Assembly: GCA_030390025.1 (NCBI GenBank)
Contig: CM059433.1
Span: 8,062,001-8,126,000 of the forward strand
Reading direction: 5' to 3'
DNA length: 64,000 nucleotides
Source: Squalus acanthias
Taxonomy: Eukaryota
Below are positions 47,230 through 58,848 of the stretch, piece after piece (within the stretch, counting starts at the first letter, position 1; each line of letters starts with the position of its first letter). The position numbers and the translations under genes were made by a program. The notes under the pieces were generated by a model that was given only the letters and a program-made list of their open reading frames with translations, was not told the DNA's origin and ran no database searches.

Positions 47230-47910
47230 CACTTCCTGTGATTTGTACTTTGTTGGCTATAAAGTACGAGATAGCTCTTGTTGACTCTGCGCTGCAGTGG
47301 TTGGACATGTTGAGCATCAAGTACACTAAGATTCCTTGGTCTCTCTCAACTACATCCTTAGCCATTTAGTCTGTGTGGAGTTTGCACATTCTCCCCGTGT
47401 CTGCGTGGGTTTCCTCCGGGTGCTCCGGTTTCCTCCCACAGTCCAAAAATGTGCGGGTTAGGTTGATTTGGCTATGATAAATTGACCCTTAGTGTTAGGG
47501 GGGGATTAAATATGTGGGGTTATGGGGATAGGATGGGATATGTTAGGGGGAATTAAATACGTGGGGTTACGGGGGTAGGGTGGGATATGTGTACTGTGGG
47601 GATTAAAGCAGGGACAGGGTACTGGATTTGGATGATCAGCCATGATCGTATTGAATGGTGGAGCAGGCTCGACGGGCCGAATGGCCTACTCCTGCTCCTA
47701 GATTCTATGTTTCTATGTTTCTATGTTTCTATTTCAACACCATTAATCAAGTACATGTCGCCCACTTTTCCTTCCTATTTGCAGTACTTTATACTCGTCG
47801 ACGTTAAATTTCATTTCCCACTGTTCCGCCCACAGAAATATTTTGTCCAAATCATTTTGCAACATCTGAGCTGCCTCCTCCGAAACCACTGGCCGTTATA
47901 CCTTGGTATG
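47230..47910 (-). mobile_element. Ancient CR1 RT remnant (other pieces at about 44490-44640 and 45930-45995)
   Basis: AKDVVERDQGILV...NMSNHC and EEAAQMLQNDLDKIFLWAEQWEMKFNVDE on the minus strand. Confidence 0.6.
47369..47730 (+). mobile_element. Headless HE1-type V-SINE followed by a CR1 3' tail
   Basis: V-domain matches the reverse complement of 11330-11468; internal ~49-bp duplication; CR1 tail from about 47606. Confidence 0.85.
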
Positions 47911-48480
47911 GTGAGACCACACCTGGAGTACTGTGTGCAGTTTTGGTCTCCTTACCTAAGAAAGGATATACTTGCCATAGAGGGAGTGCAGCGAAGGTTC
48001 ACCAGGCTGATTCCTGGGATGGCAGGATTGTCGTATGAGGAGAGATTGGGTCAACTAGGCCTGTATTCACTAGAGTTTAGAAGAATGAGAGGGGATCTCA
48101 TTGAAATGTATAAAATTCTGACAGGGCTAGACAGACTGGATGCAGGGAAGATGTTTCCCCTGGCTGGGGGGTCTAGAACGAGGGGTCACAGTCTCAGGAT
48201 ACGGGGTAGGACATTTAGGACTGAGATGAGGAGAAATTTCTTCACTCAGAGGGTGGTGAACCTGTGGAATTCTCTACCACAGAAAGCTGTGGAGGCCAAG
48301 TCACTGAATATATTTAAGAAGGAGATAGATCGATTTCTAGACACAAAAGGCATCAAGGGGTATGGGGAGAGAGCGGGAATATGGTATTGAGATAGAGGAT
48401 CAGCCATGATCATATTGAATGGCGGAGCAGGCTCGAAGGGCCGAATGGCCGACTCCTGCTCCTATTTTTCTGTTTCTATG
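47908..48480 (+). mobile_element. CR1 3' portion
   Basis: VRPHLEYCVQFWSP...GYGERAGIWY. Confidence 0.95.
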
Positions 48481-49048
48481 ACCTGCAAATCTGACCACTC
48501 TGCATTGAGTTTCTGAATCCAAGTCGCTGACACAAACTAGAAACACTAGCAGCCCCCACACCAAGCCTCGCGGTATCCTTCTTAATGCCCCCCCCCACCG
48601 CCCCCCCCCCCGCCCCCCCCGGCACCCCGCTCCAGCCCAACATACCTCCTCTAACAGTGCCAGCTGGCTTACACCCTGTGGCATGTTCACGGTGCAATGT
48701 CTCTTCTATCGGCCTTGGTGCAATTTGGTTCAGTGCGGTTTTCACTTTTTTCATCGGCTTTCATTAAAATTAAAATCTGAAAGAGTTCGTTTGGAGCGCT
48801 AAATAATCATCAGACCTGAGCTTGCATGTGAAGTTAAAGTTATTAGCAAGCATCTTGAGAGACACATTGCCTGGCCGCCTCCCCCCCCACCCCCGCCCAA
48901 TATAAGGAACATAGTTTTACATAACTCAGCGTCATTACTTGCAGGAGTCCAGACAGAAAATGAAAATGTGACAAAGAAATAAGGAGTAGAAACAGAAAAT
49001 GCTGGAAATACTCAGCAGGTCAGGCAGCATCTGTGGAGAGAGAAACAG

Positions 49049-49085
49049 AGTTAACGTTTCAGGTCGATGACCCTTCGTCAGAATG
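49049..49085 (-). ncRNA. Hammerhead core (family B), minus strand, shortened stem I
   Basis: Reverse complement CAUU-CUGACGA-AGGGUCAUCGACCU-GAAA-CG-UU-AACU. Confidence 0.6.
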
Positions 49086-49348
49086 ATCGACAGCTGCCAT
49101 TTTTTTTCTCTCTCTCTCACATGGCAGCTGTCTTTCATTCTGCCATTTACACTTCATCTAGAGTCATCTTTTGTTTCTTAACTTGTCCCATTACCATCTC
49201 CTTTTGCCTTGCACCATCATCCCTTTTGTCTCTTAATCTCTCCTGCCTTCCATCCTATCACAGACCTTCCCTTTTGTTCTTTCCTCTCCTCACCCTTTTC
49301 CCTGCCCCTACACTTGCTTAAAAACCTGTTACATCTCCAACTTTTTCC

Positions 49349-49385
49349 AGTTCTGACGAAAGGTCATCGACCTGAAACGTTAACT
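49349..49385 (+). ncRNA. Minimal type I hammerhead ribozyme (family B)
   Basis: Identical to 44100-44136. Confidence 0.85.
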
Positions 49386-49529
49386 CGGTTTCTCTCTCTA
49401 CAGATGCTGCCTGACCTGCTGAGTATTTCCAGCATTTTCTGTTTTTATTTCAGATTTCCAGCATCCGCAATATTTTGCTTTTGTGCTGAAGAAATAAGGA
49501 GAGCTCACCGAAGAACATTCCCACTTATG

Positions 49530-50194
49530 GGACTGGATTTTGATACTGGGGCGGGTTGGGGTCGTGTCATTCACTTTTCGTGTTATCCACCCGACTGCAA
49601 TTGGATGTGGGAGATTGATGCAATTTTCACTTAATTGGGCAATTGAGTTCCAGCATGTGGGAAGCCATGACCCAATTAGTGTTTTCAGTCTGAAAGTCGC
49701 CTCTGATGATGTCATCATTGCTGCTGCATTGAAGGTCTGCAAAGACTGCCTGGCCTTTGCCGTGAGAGGACCTGGATGCAAAATGAGCAGCAGCAGCCCT
49801 AAGTCTGCTCCCAGATATTTTTGCACCACCACTCCCAGATATGTCTCCCATCCACCACCACTCTTAGATAATCCATCCATCCATCCAGCCAAATGTGCTC
49901 CCGCCAGGTTTCACATTCGTGGTTCAGAACAGGCGTGCTTCACGTAGAAAAAGGGTTAAAATCACAAAGGCCTTTCAAAATGGCATTATAGAGGCAATTT
50001 AGTGCTTGTTAAGGGCCTTAACAGCCTATCCCGCCTCTTAGAGGCGGGACGGAGTCGGGACCAGCAGACACGATTTAATGAAAATTGCGTGGAGGCGGGA
50101 TGGAGACGGGCTTGTGCCCGCCCGCCAGTTTTCACAATTTTAACCCCCCTCACGCCTCCAAACCCGCCTCCACGGGTCAATGAAAATCCAGCCC
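49530..50194. mobile_element. Harbinger-type MITE family 3, copy b
   Basis: TIR GGACTGGATTTT / AAAATCCAGCCC; perfect TSD ATG. Confidence 0.88.
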
Positions 50195-50949
50195 ATGGAG
50201 TCTATATCCTGACATCCTCCCTGTATTGTTTTCTTGTGGAGATGACTTAATGCAATGCACCTGCAACTGCAAATGCGACACGTTCTTATCAAAAGTCAAT
50301 GATACTGAATGAAGGTATCATCCAGGTAGCAAAGAACATGCACTGATGAGCATCTTAGGCTTCTGTGGATTAGAAACTGCACTATATTAAAAGAAAGTTA
50401 TCAACGTGCATATAAAGGACTGTACAATAAAACATGCTCTGATGTGCTGCTGCTATGGAAAGCTTGACGTCCGTGGTCTTGCTTAGTGTCCTGAATCCTG
50501 AGGTTCTGCTCGAGGGCACCCAATTAATCAACTTTTTAATGCTAGTCAAGCTTTTATTGCTGCCTCCAAATAAACATCTAATTACACAAGTCGCTCAGAT
50601 CTGATAGGCTGTTGCCGATTTGTTTGACTTCAGTAAATAGTAATGGACGTGCAGGAGAATAATAATTGAGAGTCAGGCTGTTCAAACGAAAGGCGACATC
50701 ACAGTTCGAGTCTGGCAGGCAGAGTCACTGTCCTGAACTATCGCCCTACTGTAAGGCTTTCAGCTCATTACTGCAATGTATTCAGACCATTATTTTTCAA
50801 TCTTCAGTAGAAGTGGGAAGATGGCGCGGTGTATCAGCGCCCCAGCGCATCCTGACGTGTGTTGGTGAGGCGCAGCCCCACGCCGGCCATTCAGTTCTGC
50901 ACACGTTGCCATGAGGAAGGATGGGAATGATCAAGTACTTTTACTGAAG

Positions 50950-51508
50950 AAGGGGGGGACGATTAGATGCTGGGGGGGGGCTGGGGGGTGGGGGTGCGTA
51001 GGTGGGGCGCGGGGGGAGGGGCGGGGGCGTGGGGAGAGGGGAGGTGGGAGAGGCGCCGGGGGGAGGGGGCATAGGGGGTGTGAGGGTGGGGCGCAGGGGA
51101 AGGGGGGTGGGGGGGCGGGGCCGGTGGGGGTGGGGGCTGGGGGGCGGGGGCAGGGGGGGCTGGGGTGGGGGGGGCACGGGGGGAGGGGGTGCAGGGGGGG
51201 GTGATGCGGGAGAGGGGGGTGGGGGCTGGGGGTGTAGGGTGGGGCGCGGGGTGGGGGGGTGCGGGGGGAGGGGGGTGGGGGGGTGCGGGGGGGACGGGGG
51301 TTGGGGGGGGTGCGGGGGGAGGGGGGGTGGGGGCTGGGGGTGTAGGGTGGGGCGCGGGGTAGGGGGGCGCGGGGGGAGGGGGTGGGGGGGGCGCGGGGGG
51401 TGCGGGGGAGGGGGGGTGGGGACTGGGGGTGGGGGGTAGGGTGCGGGGGGAGGGAAGGTGGGGGGGAGGGTGGGGGTGGGGGGTAGGGTGCGGGGGGAGG
51501 GGGGGGGT
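50950..51508 (+). repeat. G-rich low-complexity tract (G-quadruplex prone)
   Basis: Dozens of G3-G9 runs with short spacers; internal duplication 51215-51252 / 51323-51360. Confidence 0.9.
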
Positions 51509-51869
51509 TTGCAATGTAAATGCCAGGCACCGACACACAGACTTTCTCCCACAACCCGAACTACAGAAGCAGCGGATGTTAAAAGTGCCGTACGCTATGA
51601 TGGCCTGTAGATTATAATTCATTTGCCAGGCGAGCTGCCGACACCAAACGTGTCCCTGATGCAGCTTGCGCACAATCAATGTGCATTCGGAAAATCATGG
51701 ACACACTGCATGGGATATTCCATTCATTGATTCCATCCCTTGTGCAGCACTCTGCTCTATAGTCTGAGGCTACTGGTACTGTAGCATCTTCCCATGTTGC
51801 GGGGTACATCCCACAGTAGCTCAACCACACACAACTGCCCATCTACAACTCTGCACAACAACTGTTAAA

Positions 51870-52780
51870 GAAGAAACAAAGACCTGTATATAAATATATA
51901 TATATATCTCTCTTCTTAGGCAGTCCCTCGGAACTGAGGATGACTTGCTTCCACACTAAAAATTAGTTCTCAGGTGACTGATGAGTCCAATGCGGGACCT
52001 ACAGTCTCTGTCACAGGTGGGGCAGACGGCGGTTGAAGGGGCGGGTGGGATGGGGTGCGCTGTTGGGGTTGTCCATGAGGGTCCTGATCTTCCAGGTCCC
52101 GAACTTCATTTTAAAGGGTGGAAGATGCCTGTGCGTGAATTCTTTTAACGTGGGGTGGCCGTTGAACACCAGCTACCACACGGGGCTTGACAGAGCAAGG
52201 TCTTGGTCCAATGGCAAGGGGGATCCAAGACGATTGGAGACCAGGCTGTGCTACATCGGCCTAGCACACACACACACAAACATACTGCTCCTGTCATCCT
52301 CCCTCCTTCCCACAGGTCCTCTCTGCCTGGGTTTCATAGGCTGCAGTGTGGTGCTCCCGACCCCGCTGCGCCACTCCTGGGCCTCGACCTCGCTGCTGGG
52401 CTCGTCCTTGCCCCTGGGCATATATATATATAGCGCTGTTCACAACCTCAAGACGTCCCGAAGGGCTTTACTATCAATGAAGTACTTTTGAAGGGTAATC
52501 ACTGCTGTAATGTAGGAAACGCGGCAGCCAATTTACGCACAGCAAGCTCCATTGCTCACACCAATTAAATAAATGATCAGATAATCTTTTTTAATGATGT
52601 TGGCTGAGGGATAAATATTGGCCCCAGGACACCGGGGATGACCCCCCCTGCTCTTCTCCGAAATAGTGCCCATGGGGATCTTTACCGCCCATCTGAGAGG
52701 TTTTAATGTCTCATCTGAAAGACGGCACCTCCGACAGTGCAGCACTCCCTCAGCACTGCACTGGAGAGTGTCAGCCTGGA
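51870..52780 (-). mobile_element. DeuSINE with an RTE-derived element inserted in its tail
   Basis: AAAGACCTGTAT...TATATAGCGC tail split at 51905-52420. Confidence 0.8.
51910..52418 (-). mobile_element. Bipartite non-autonomous RTE element (5'UTR and ORF start fused to the 3' end)
   Basis: Minus strand MKFGTWKIRTLMDNPNS (APE start) joined at about 52057 to PSTAVCPTCDRDCRSRIGLISHLRT* and the tail GTGGAAGCAAGTCATCCTC...GGGACTGCCTAAGAAG; (TA)n flanks. Confidence 0.8.
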
Positions 52781-52783
52781 TAT

Positions 52784-53935
52784 AGGCCATAATTTTCCCC
52801 TAAAAAAAAACAGGGTGGGTTTGGAGCGTGGGGGCAGTAAAATTGTTAAAAATGGGATTCCCGACCTGATCCCGCCTCCAGCCCACCCACTTCTGGTTTT
52901 GCCAGCGGTGGAACGGGGGGGTGAGACAGGGGGCAACCAACCCGCTCCCAGGGGGCGGTACGTCAATTTAAATATTATAATGAGGCTGGAAGCCTCTTTT
53001 TTCCCCCTCCATTTTGAATTTAACTGAAACCCGGCAGTTAAACTGAGGCGGGGACTGCTGCATCCAGGGGGTAAGTGGCTTTATACCCACCTCCTGGATC
53101 CAGGGACCCTGCCTAACCCACCCCTCCCCCCACCCCACCGAGATCAGAGACCCCCCCCCACGAGGCCTCTGATCGCCTCCCCAGGCCTCTGATTCCCACC
53201 ATGAGGCCTCCTCCCGACCCCACTGGTGACGCTGAAGCCGGCCACAATCCTCTCTCCCCGCTTACCGATCCCTGACCAAACCGTCTCGATCCCCGATCCC
53301 TGGCCGACCCCCCGATCCCTGACCCCCCTCACCCCTCACCCCGATCCCTGACCCCCCCCACCCCGATCCCTGACCCCCCACCCCGATCCCTGACCCCCCC
53401 CACCCCGATCCCCGATCCCCTGCCGACCTCAATCCCCGATCCCTGACACCCCCACCCCGATCCCCGATCCCTGGCCGACCTCAATCCACGATCCCGTACC
53501 ACCCCCCCCACCCCGATCCCCGATCCCCTGCCGACCTCAATCCCCGATCCCTGACACCCCCACCCCGATCCCCGATCCCCGGCCGACCTCAATCCACGAT
53601 CCCTTACCACCCCCCCCACCCCGATCCCCGATCCCCAGCCGACCTCAATCTCCTACCGACACCCTCCGCTCCCTGACTGAGCCCCCCCACCCCCGCGATC
53701 CACGACCGACGCCCCCCCCCTCCCCCCATCCTTTCCCGGACCGAACCCTCCCTCCCTCTCCCAGCAGCTGCAGGCCTACCCGCCTGCAACCAGCCAGCCT
53801 CTCCATCTAGGCTGGCTGCGGGCGGAAAATCGAGGCCCCACATGCATATCAGGCCCTGCCATTAAAGTCGGCCTCCTGGGTTTCCCGCCCGCCTCGGAGG
53901 CCCCCAACCCGCCTACCTCCAGAAAATTCCGGCCC
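52784..53935. mobile_element. Harbinger-type MITE with an internal C-rich minisatellite
   Basis: TIR AGGCCATAATTTTC / GAAAATTCCGGCCC. Confidence 0.7.
53285..53650. repeat. C-rich minisatellite built from CCCCGATCCC subunits (about 52-bp higher-order unit)
   Basis: CCGACCTCAATCC recurs at about 53423, 53474, 53531, 53583 and 53639. Confidence 0.85.
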
Positions 53936-53964
53936 ATGGGGTTGAAAGTTTTAACATGTAACTT

Positions 53965-54640
53965 TACTGTCCTAACTCTCATCAAGTCCTGTTCCCTCGT
54001 CACCCCTGTGCTCGCTGACCTACATTGGTTCCCATTTAAGCAACGCCTCGATTTTAAAATTCTCATCCTTGTTTTCAAATCTCTCTATGACCTCGCCCCT
54101 CCCTATCTCCTCCAGCCCTACAACCCTCTGAGATCTCTGCGCTCCTCTAATTCTGGCCTCTTGCTCATCCCCGATTTTAATCGCTCCACCATTGGCGGCT
54201 GTGCCTTTACAGCTTCCAAGGCCCTAAGCTCCGCAATTCCCTCCCTAAACCTCGCTGCCTCTCTTTCCCCCTTTAAGACGCTCCTTAAAACCTACCTCTT
54301 TGACTGAGCTTTTGGTCACCTGCCCTAATATCTCCTTATGTGGCTCGGTGTCAAATCTAGTTTCATAATCATAGAATCATAGAAGATAGGAGTAGGCCAC
54401 TCGGCCCCTCTAGCCTGCTCCGCCATTCAATGCGATCATGGCTGATCATCCAAACTCAGTACCCTTTCCCTGCCTTCTCTCCATATCCCTTGATCCCTTT
54501 AGCCTTAAGAAATATATCTGACTCCTTCATGAATATATTTAATGAATTGGCCTCGACTGCCTTCTAATACTCCTGTGCAGCGCCTTGGGACGTTTTACTA
54601 CGTTAAAGGCGCTATATAAATACAAGTTGTTGTTGTTGTG
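53965..54640 (+). mobile_element. L2 3' portion with a nested CR1 tail (about 54365-54565, -)
   Basis: VTPVLADLHWFPFKQRLDFKIL peptide; (TTG)n tail. Confidence 0.88.
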
Positions 54641-54999
54641 GTTACTTTCCAGACATTCGACCATTTCTGATGGTTGTGGAAAGTTGTTACGGGCCTGTGA
54701 CCGGATAACCACATTGTTAGCCTATGTGGCAAGTCTGGAACTCAGAGTGCTGACGGCTAGAAAAGGTGTCCCTGCATCCAGAGGCATCGTTTCCATTGGC
54801 CACTGGAGGCACTGCTACATCTGGACACAGAGGCGTTTTATTTTCTTGTTTGGGTTGGTCTCAGCACCTGTGAAGACAACAGTGCCACCTCACTCACTTC
54901 ATCAACTCCACAGCAGTCAAGGCTGCTGTTGCATCAGTGCCAGAAGGTAAAGGGGGCCCATTGGTCAATGCTCTGCTATTGTATCACACTGAACCCACC

Positions 55000-55478
55000 A
55001 CGCACCAAGTCCCGTTCGCCCATCTCCCCCTGTGCTCGCTGACCTACATTGGCTCCCGGTTATGCAGCCCCTCGATTTCAAAATTCTCATCCTTGTTTTC
55101 AAACCCCTCCATGGCCCTCGCTCCTCCCTATCTCTGTAATCTTCTCCAGCCCCACAACCCCCCGAGATATCTGCGCTCCTCTAATTCTGCCCTCTTGAGA
55201 TCCCTGATTATAATCGCTCAACCATTGGTGGCCGTGCCTTCTGTTGCCTAGGGCCCTAAGCTCTGGAATTCCCTGCCTAAACCTCTCCGCCTCGCTACCT
55301 CTCTTTCCTCCTTTAAGACGCTCCTTAAAACCTACCTCTTTGACCAAGCTTTTGGTCACCTGCCCTAATTTATCCTTATGTGGCTTGGTGTCAAATTTTT
55401 TGTCTTATAATACTCCTGTGCAGCGCCTTGGGACGTTTTACTATGTTAAAGGCGCTATATAAATACGAGTTGTTGTTG
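55000..55478 (+). mobile_element. L2 3' portion
   Basis: Homologous to 38155-38635. Confidence 0.9.
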
Positions 55479-56454
55479 AACAGGACATTCTGCACAGCTT
55501 AAACTTCAATCAACAAACGATATCCGTCCCTGCTGGGGCCAAAGTGATTCATTCATTCACTCGCTCCTTCTGTTCTTTCTGAACAAGTCGGTCAGGCTTG
55601 TGAAGTAATAATGAGGCATGTATTAAACGCCAGCTTTCCCATTTCTGGTTACGTTGCTTCAGATTAAAATTCAAGGCAAAACATCTGTCTACCCTCTGTC
55701 ACATGGCTACAACAAGCCGAACAAAATATCACTGTAACAGGTTTTTAATTTAGTTGTGGAATTGTGACCTACAGCCGCTCACAGTTTTAGGGAACATGCA
55801 CCAGCTCCACCTCAGAACTGACGAATGCTCCTGGGGTACAATCTGATAGAATCCTAAAAATCATCGATTATGAGAAAAATGTTTCACACCGGCAACATTA
55901 GTTATACCGCGCGGCAAGATAAGAAAGTGACAGTGCGTCACACCATCCCTGCGAACGAATGTATTTACATAGAGGCACGTTCTATATACTGGGGTAGATT
56001 TTCATCGTCACCAGCCAGGCGCTAAGTGTTGCCTGGCCAGAGCCCAGAAAGGACAATCTGGTGAGGAGGATTGCACAGCCCTTATAGAACTGGCTGGATT
56101 TTCCTTCATTTGTATTGAACATACTAACTCTTGTCCCTTTACTCTTTCTCCTGAGTCCTTCTTGAAGAGGCTCCCGCACGGCAAGACACCTTCAGAGGAG
56201 GCCAATCCCCCTGCTGATGCTCCGTCACTTGCTCCGTCCCTCCCAGGCACCAGCTCAGACACTGGCACTCAGTGCAGGCTCGATAGTGAACCAGAGGGGT
56301 CTGTGCCAGAGTGAGCGGCAGCAGGTACTGGTGGCAGGGACAGCGCCAGAGACAGCGCGCCAGTGGGGGAAGGTCCGGTCCCAGCTCCGCTGAGGAGGAC
56401 AGGGGTGAGGATCGTGGGCCTCGCCATTAACGGAACACTGTTGAGCTGTACACA

Positions 56455-57190
56455 ACATGCTACAGTTCAGAGGGACCTGGGGGTCCTTGTGCATGAAACA
56501 CAAAAAGTTAGCATGCAGGTACAGCAAGTAATCAAAAAGGCAAATGGAATGTTGGCCTTTATTGCAAAGGGGGTTGGAGTATAAAAGCAGGGAAGTCCTG
56601 CTACAACTGTACAAGGTATTGGTGAGACCACACCTTGAGTACTGCGTACAGTTTTGGTCTCCTTATTTAAGGAAGGATATACTTGCATTGGAGGCAGTTC
56701 AGAGACGATTCAGTAGGTTAATTCCAGAGATGAGGGGGTTGACTTATGAAGAAAGATTGAGCAGGTTGGGGCCTATACTCATTGGAATTTAGAAGAATGA
56801 GAGGTGATCTTATTGAAACATATAAGATACTGAGGGGGCTCGACAGGGTAGATGCAGAGAGGATGTTTCCCCTCGTGGGGAAATCTAGAACTCAGGGGGC
56901 ATAGTTTCAGAATAAAGGGTCGCCCTTTTAGAACTGAGATGAGGAGGAATTTCTTCTCTCTGAGGGTCGTAAATCTGTGGAATTCTCTGCCCCAGAGAGC
57001 CGTGGAGGCTGGGTCATTAAATATATTTAAGGTGGAGATAGACAGATTTTTGCAAGGTAAGAGAGTGATGGGTTATGGAGAGTGGGCAGGGAAGTGGCTT
57101 TGAGCCCAAGATCAGCCATGATCTTACTGAATGGCGGAGCAGGCTCGAGGGGCCAAGTGGCCTATTCCTGCTCCTATTTCTTTTGTTCTT
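56455..57190 (+). mobile_element. CR1 3' portion (frameshifted)
   Basis: ORFs 56363-57103 carry CR1 motifs. Confidence 0.92.
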
Positions 57191-57905
57191 GTGTATACGA
57201 GGTGTTGGATGGGTGTGCCAAGGGGTTTCCGCACTGTGGCCACGAGTGTGGAGGAGTCTGGTTTTCCCCAGCCTGCGTGGTGTCATCTTGCATGGCATCA
57301 GCACTCTGCAGTCTCCCCTGGATAGTGTGGTCACCTCCAGGGACACTGCAGCCAGGCCCTCACAGCAGACTTGGACAGATTGGTGAACCAAATTGATAGG
57401 GGCTCAGAAGAAGTCACTCCTCTTCTGCAGTCTTCCCTCCCGTAGATTAATGGAAGCGGTGAGCCTCAGCCCCATGGGCGTGGCGGTGGTGCGTTGAAAG
57501 AGTTACGTGTTTATTGGCTCGCTCGGGGTGTCAGCACGCCTACTGATCATTTGGATGAGAAATGAATGGAAGGCAATTACATCACATTTGGCACTTTGGT
57601 TTGCCGTGTGGTTTCAAGGCGGCTTCTGAGTCTGCCTTGTCAGAATGTCAATGATAGAGACGTTGTCTGAATGGTTTGAATCTTCTTTAATGCAGGATGA
57701 AGGGAGTGGTGAAGGATGTAAGAAGGATTGTTAAGCAAAGTGGCTCTGTCTAAGTTCTCAGGGCAGGGGAACAAGCAGGTCACAAGAATCGCTGAGCAGT
57801 GATCCCTCACTACTCTTGCTGCAAGGTGTTGAGTCGGCCCCTTTCTTCTGTTGCTTCCTGTCCTTCCCCCTGGTCTTCCCTGTCCGATGAGGACTCCTGC
57901 TGCTC

Positions 57906-58180
57906 TGTGATAATGACCGGATAATCTGTTTTTGTTACGTTGATTGTGGGATAAATATTGACCCAGGACACCGGGGATAACTCCCCTGCTCTTCTTCGAA
58001 ATAGTGCCCATGGGGATCTTTTACATCCACCTGAGAGAGCAGACGGGGCCTCGGTTTAACATCTCATCCGAAAGACGGCACCTCTGACAGCGCAGCACTC
58101 CCTCAGCACTGCACTGGAGTGTCAGCCTAGCTTTATGTGCTCAAGTCCCTGGAGTGGGTCTTGAACCCACAACCTTCTGC
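57906..58180 (-). mobile_element. DeuSINE central fragment
   Basis: Deu-domain match. Confidence 0.85.
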
Positions 58181-58424
58181 ATGCATTGCATGCTCCCCTG
58201 GTCCTGCAGGCAGCAGGTCCTATTGCTGGAGATTCTGAGACAAACTGCCTGGAGAAGTGCGGCCTCCTCCCGCACTGCTCTTCAGAAAGGTCTTTGCCTG
58301 AACGCCCTCTGAGCTGTGTAAGGCCTCCGACAAGTAGACCTCCTCCCTTGTTTCTCCTGAGAGGCCCTGCTGCTGCTGCTGCTGCTGATGCTCCTCCCCC
58401 TTCCTCCGAGTGTTTATCCATCAG

Positions 58425-58848
58425 GAGTATCCGCTGGAGTATAGAAGAATGAGAGGGGATCTCATCGAAACATATAAAATTCTGACAGGACTGGACAGAC
58501 TAGATGCAGGAAGAATATTCCCGATGGTCGGAGAGTCCAGAACCAGGGGTCATAATCTAAGGATAAGGGGTAAGCCATTTAGGACAGAAATGAGGAAGAA
58601 TTTCTTCACCCAGAGAGTGGTGAACCTGTGGAATTCTCTACCACAGAAGGTAGTTGAGGCCAAGTCATTAAATATATTCAAGAATGAGTTAGATATATTT
58701 CTTAAAGCTAAAGGGATCAAGGGATATGGGGAGAAAGCAGGTACAGGGTACTGAGTTTGGATGATCAGCCATGATCGCATCGAATGGCGGAGCAGGCTCG
58801 AGGGGCCGAATGGCCTACTCCTGCTCCTATCTTCTATGTTTCTATGTT
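58425..58848 (+). mobile_element. CR1 3' portion
   Basis: ORF 58410-58754; (TTTCTATG)n tail. Confidence 0.92.

Larger units (their letters stand above)
48987..49488 (+). mobile_element. Penelope family B element with a 5' inverted pseudo-LTR segment
   Basis: 48987-49085 is the reverse complement of the 3' pseudo-LTR (49350-49445); 13-bp TSD AAGAAATAAGGAG (48974-86, 49489-501). Confidence 0.9.

Noticed and set aside
47587..48390. 267-aa ORF with a novel N-terminus
   Set aside because: Chance read-through of a CR1 tail and antisense old CR1 into a CR1 ORF2 C-terminus.
50911..51679. Pro-rich and Gly-rich ORFs resembling extensin, formin or collagen
   Set aside because: Translations of a G/C low-complexity tract, open in several frames on both strands.
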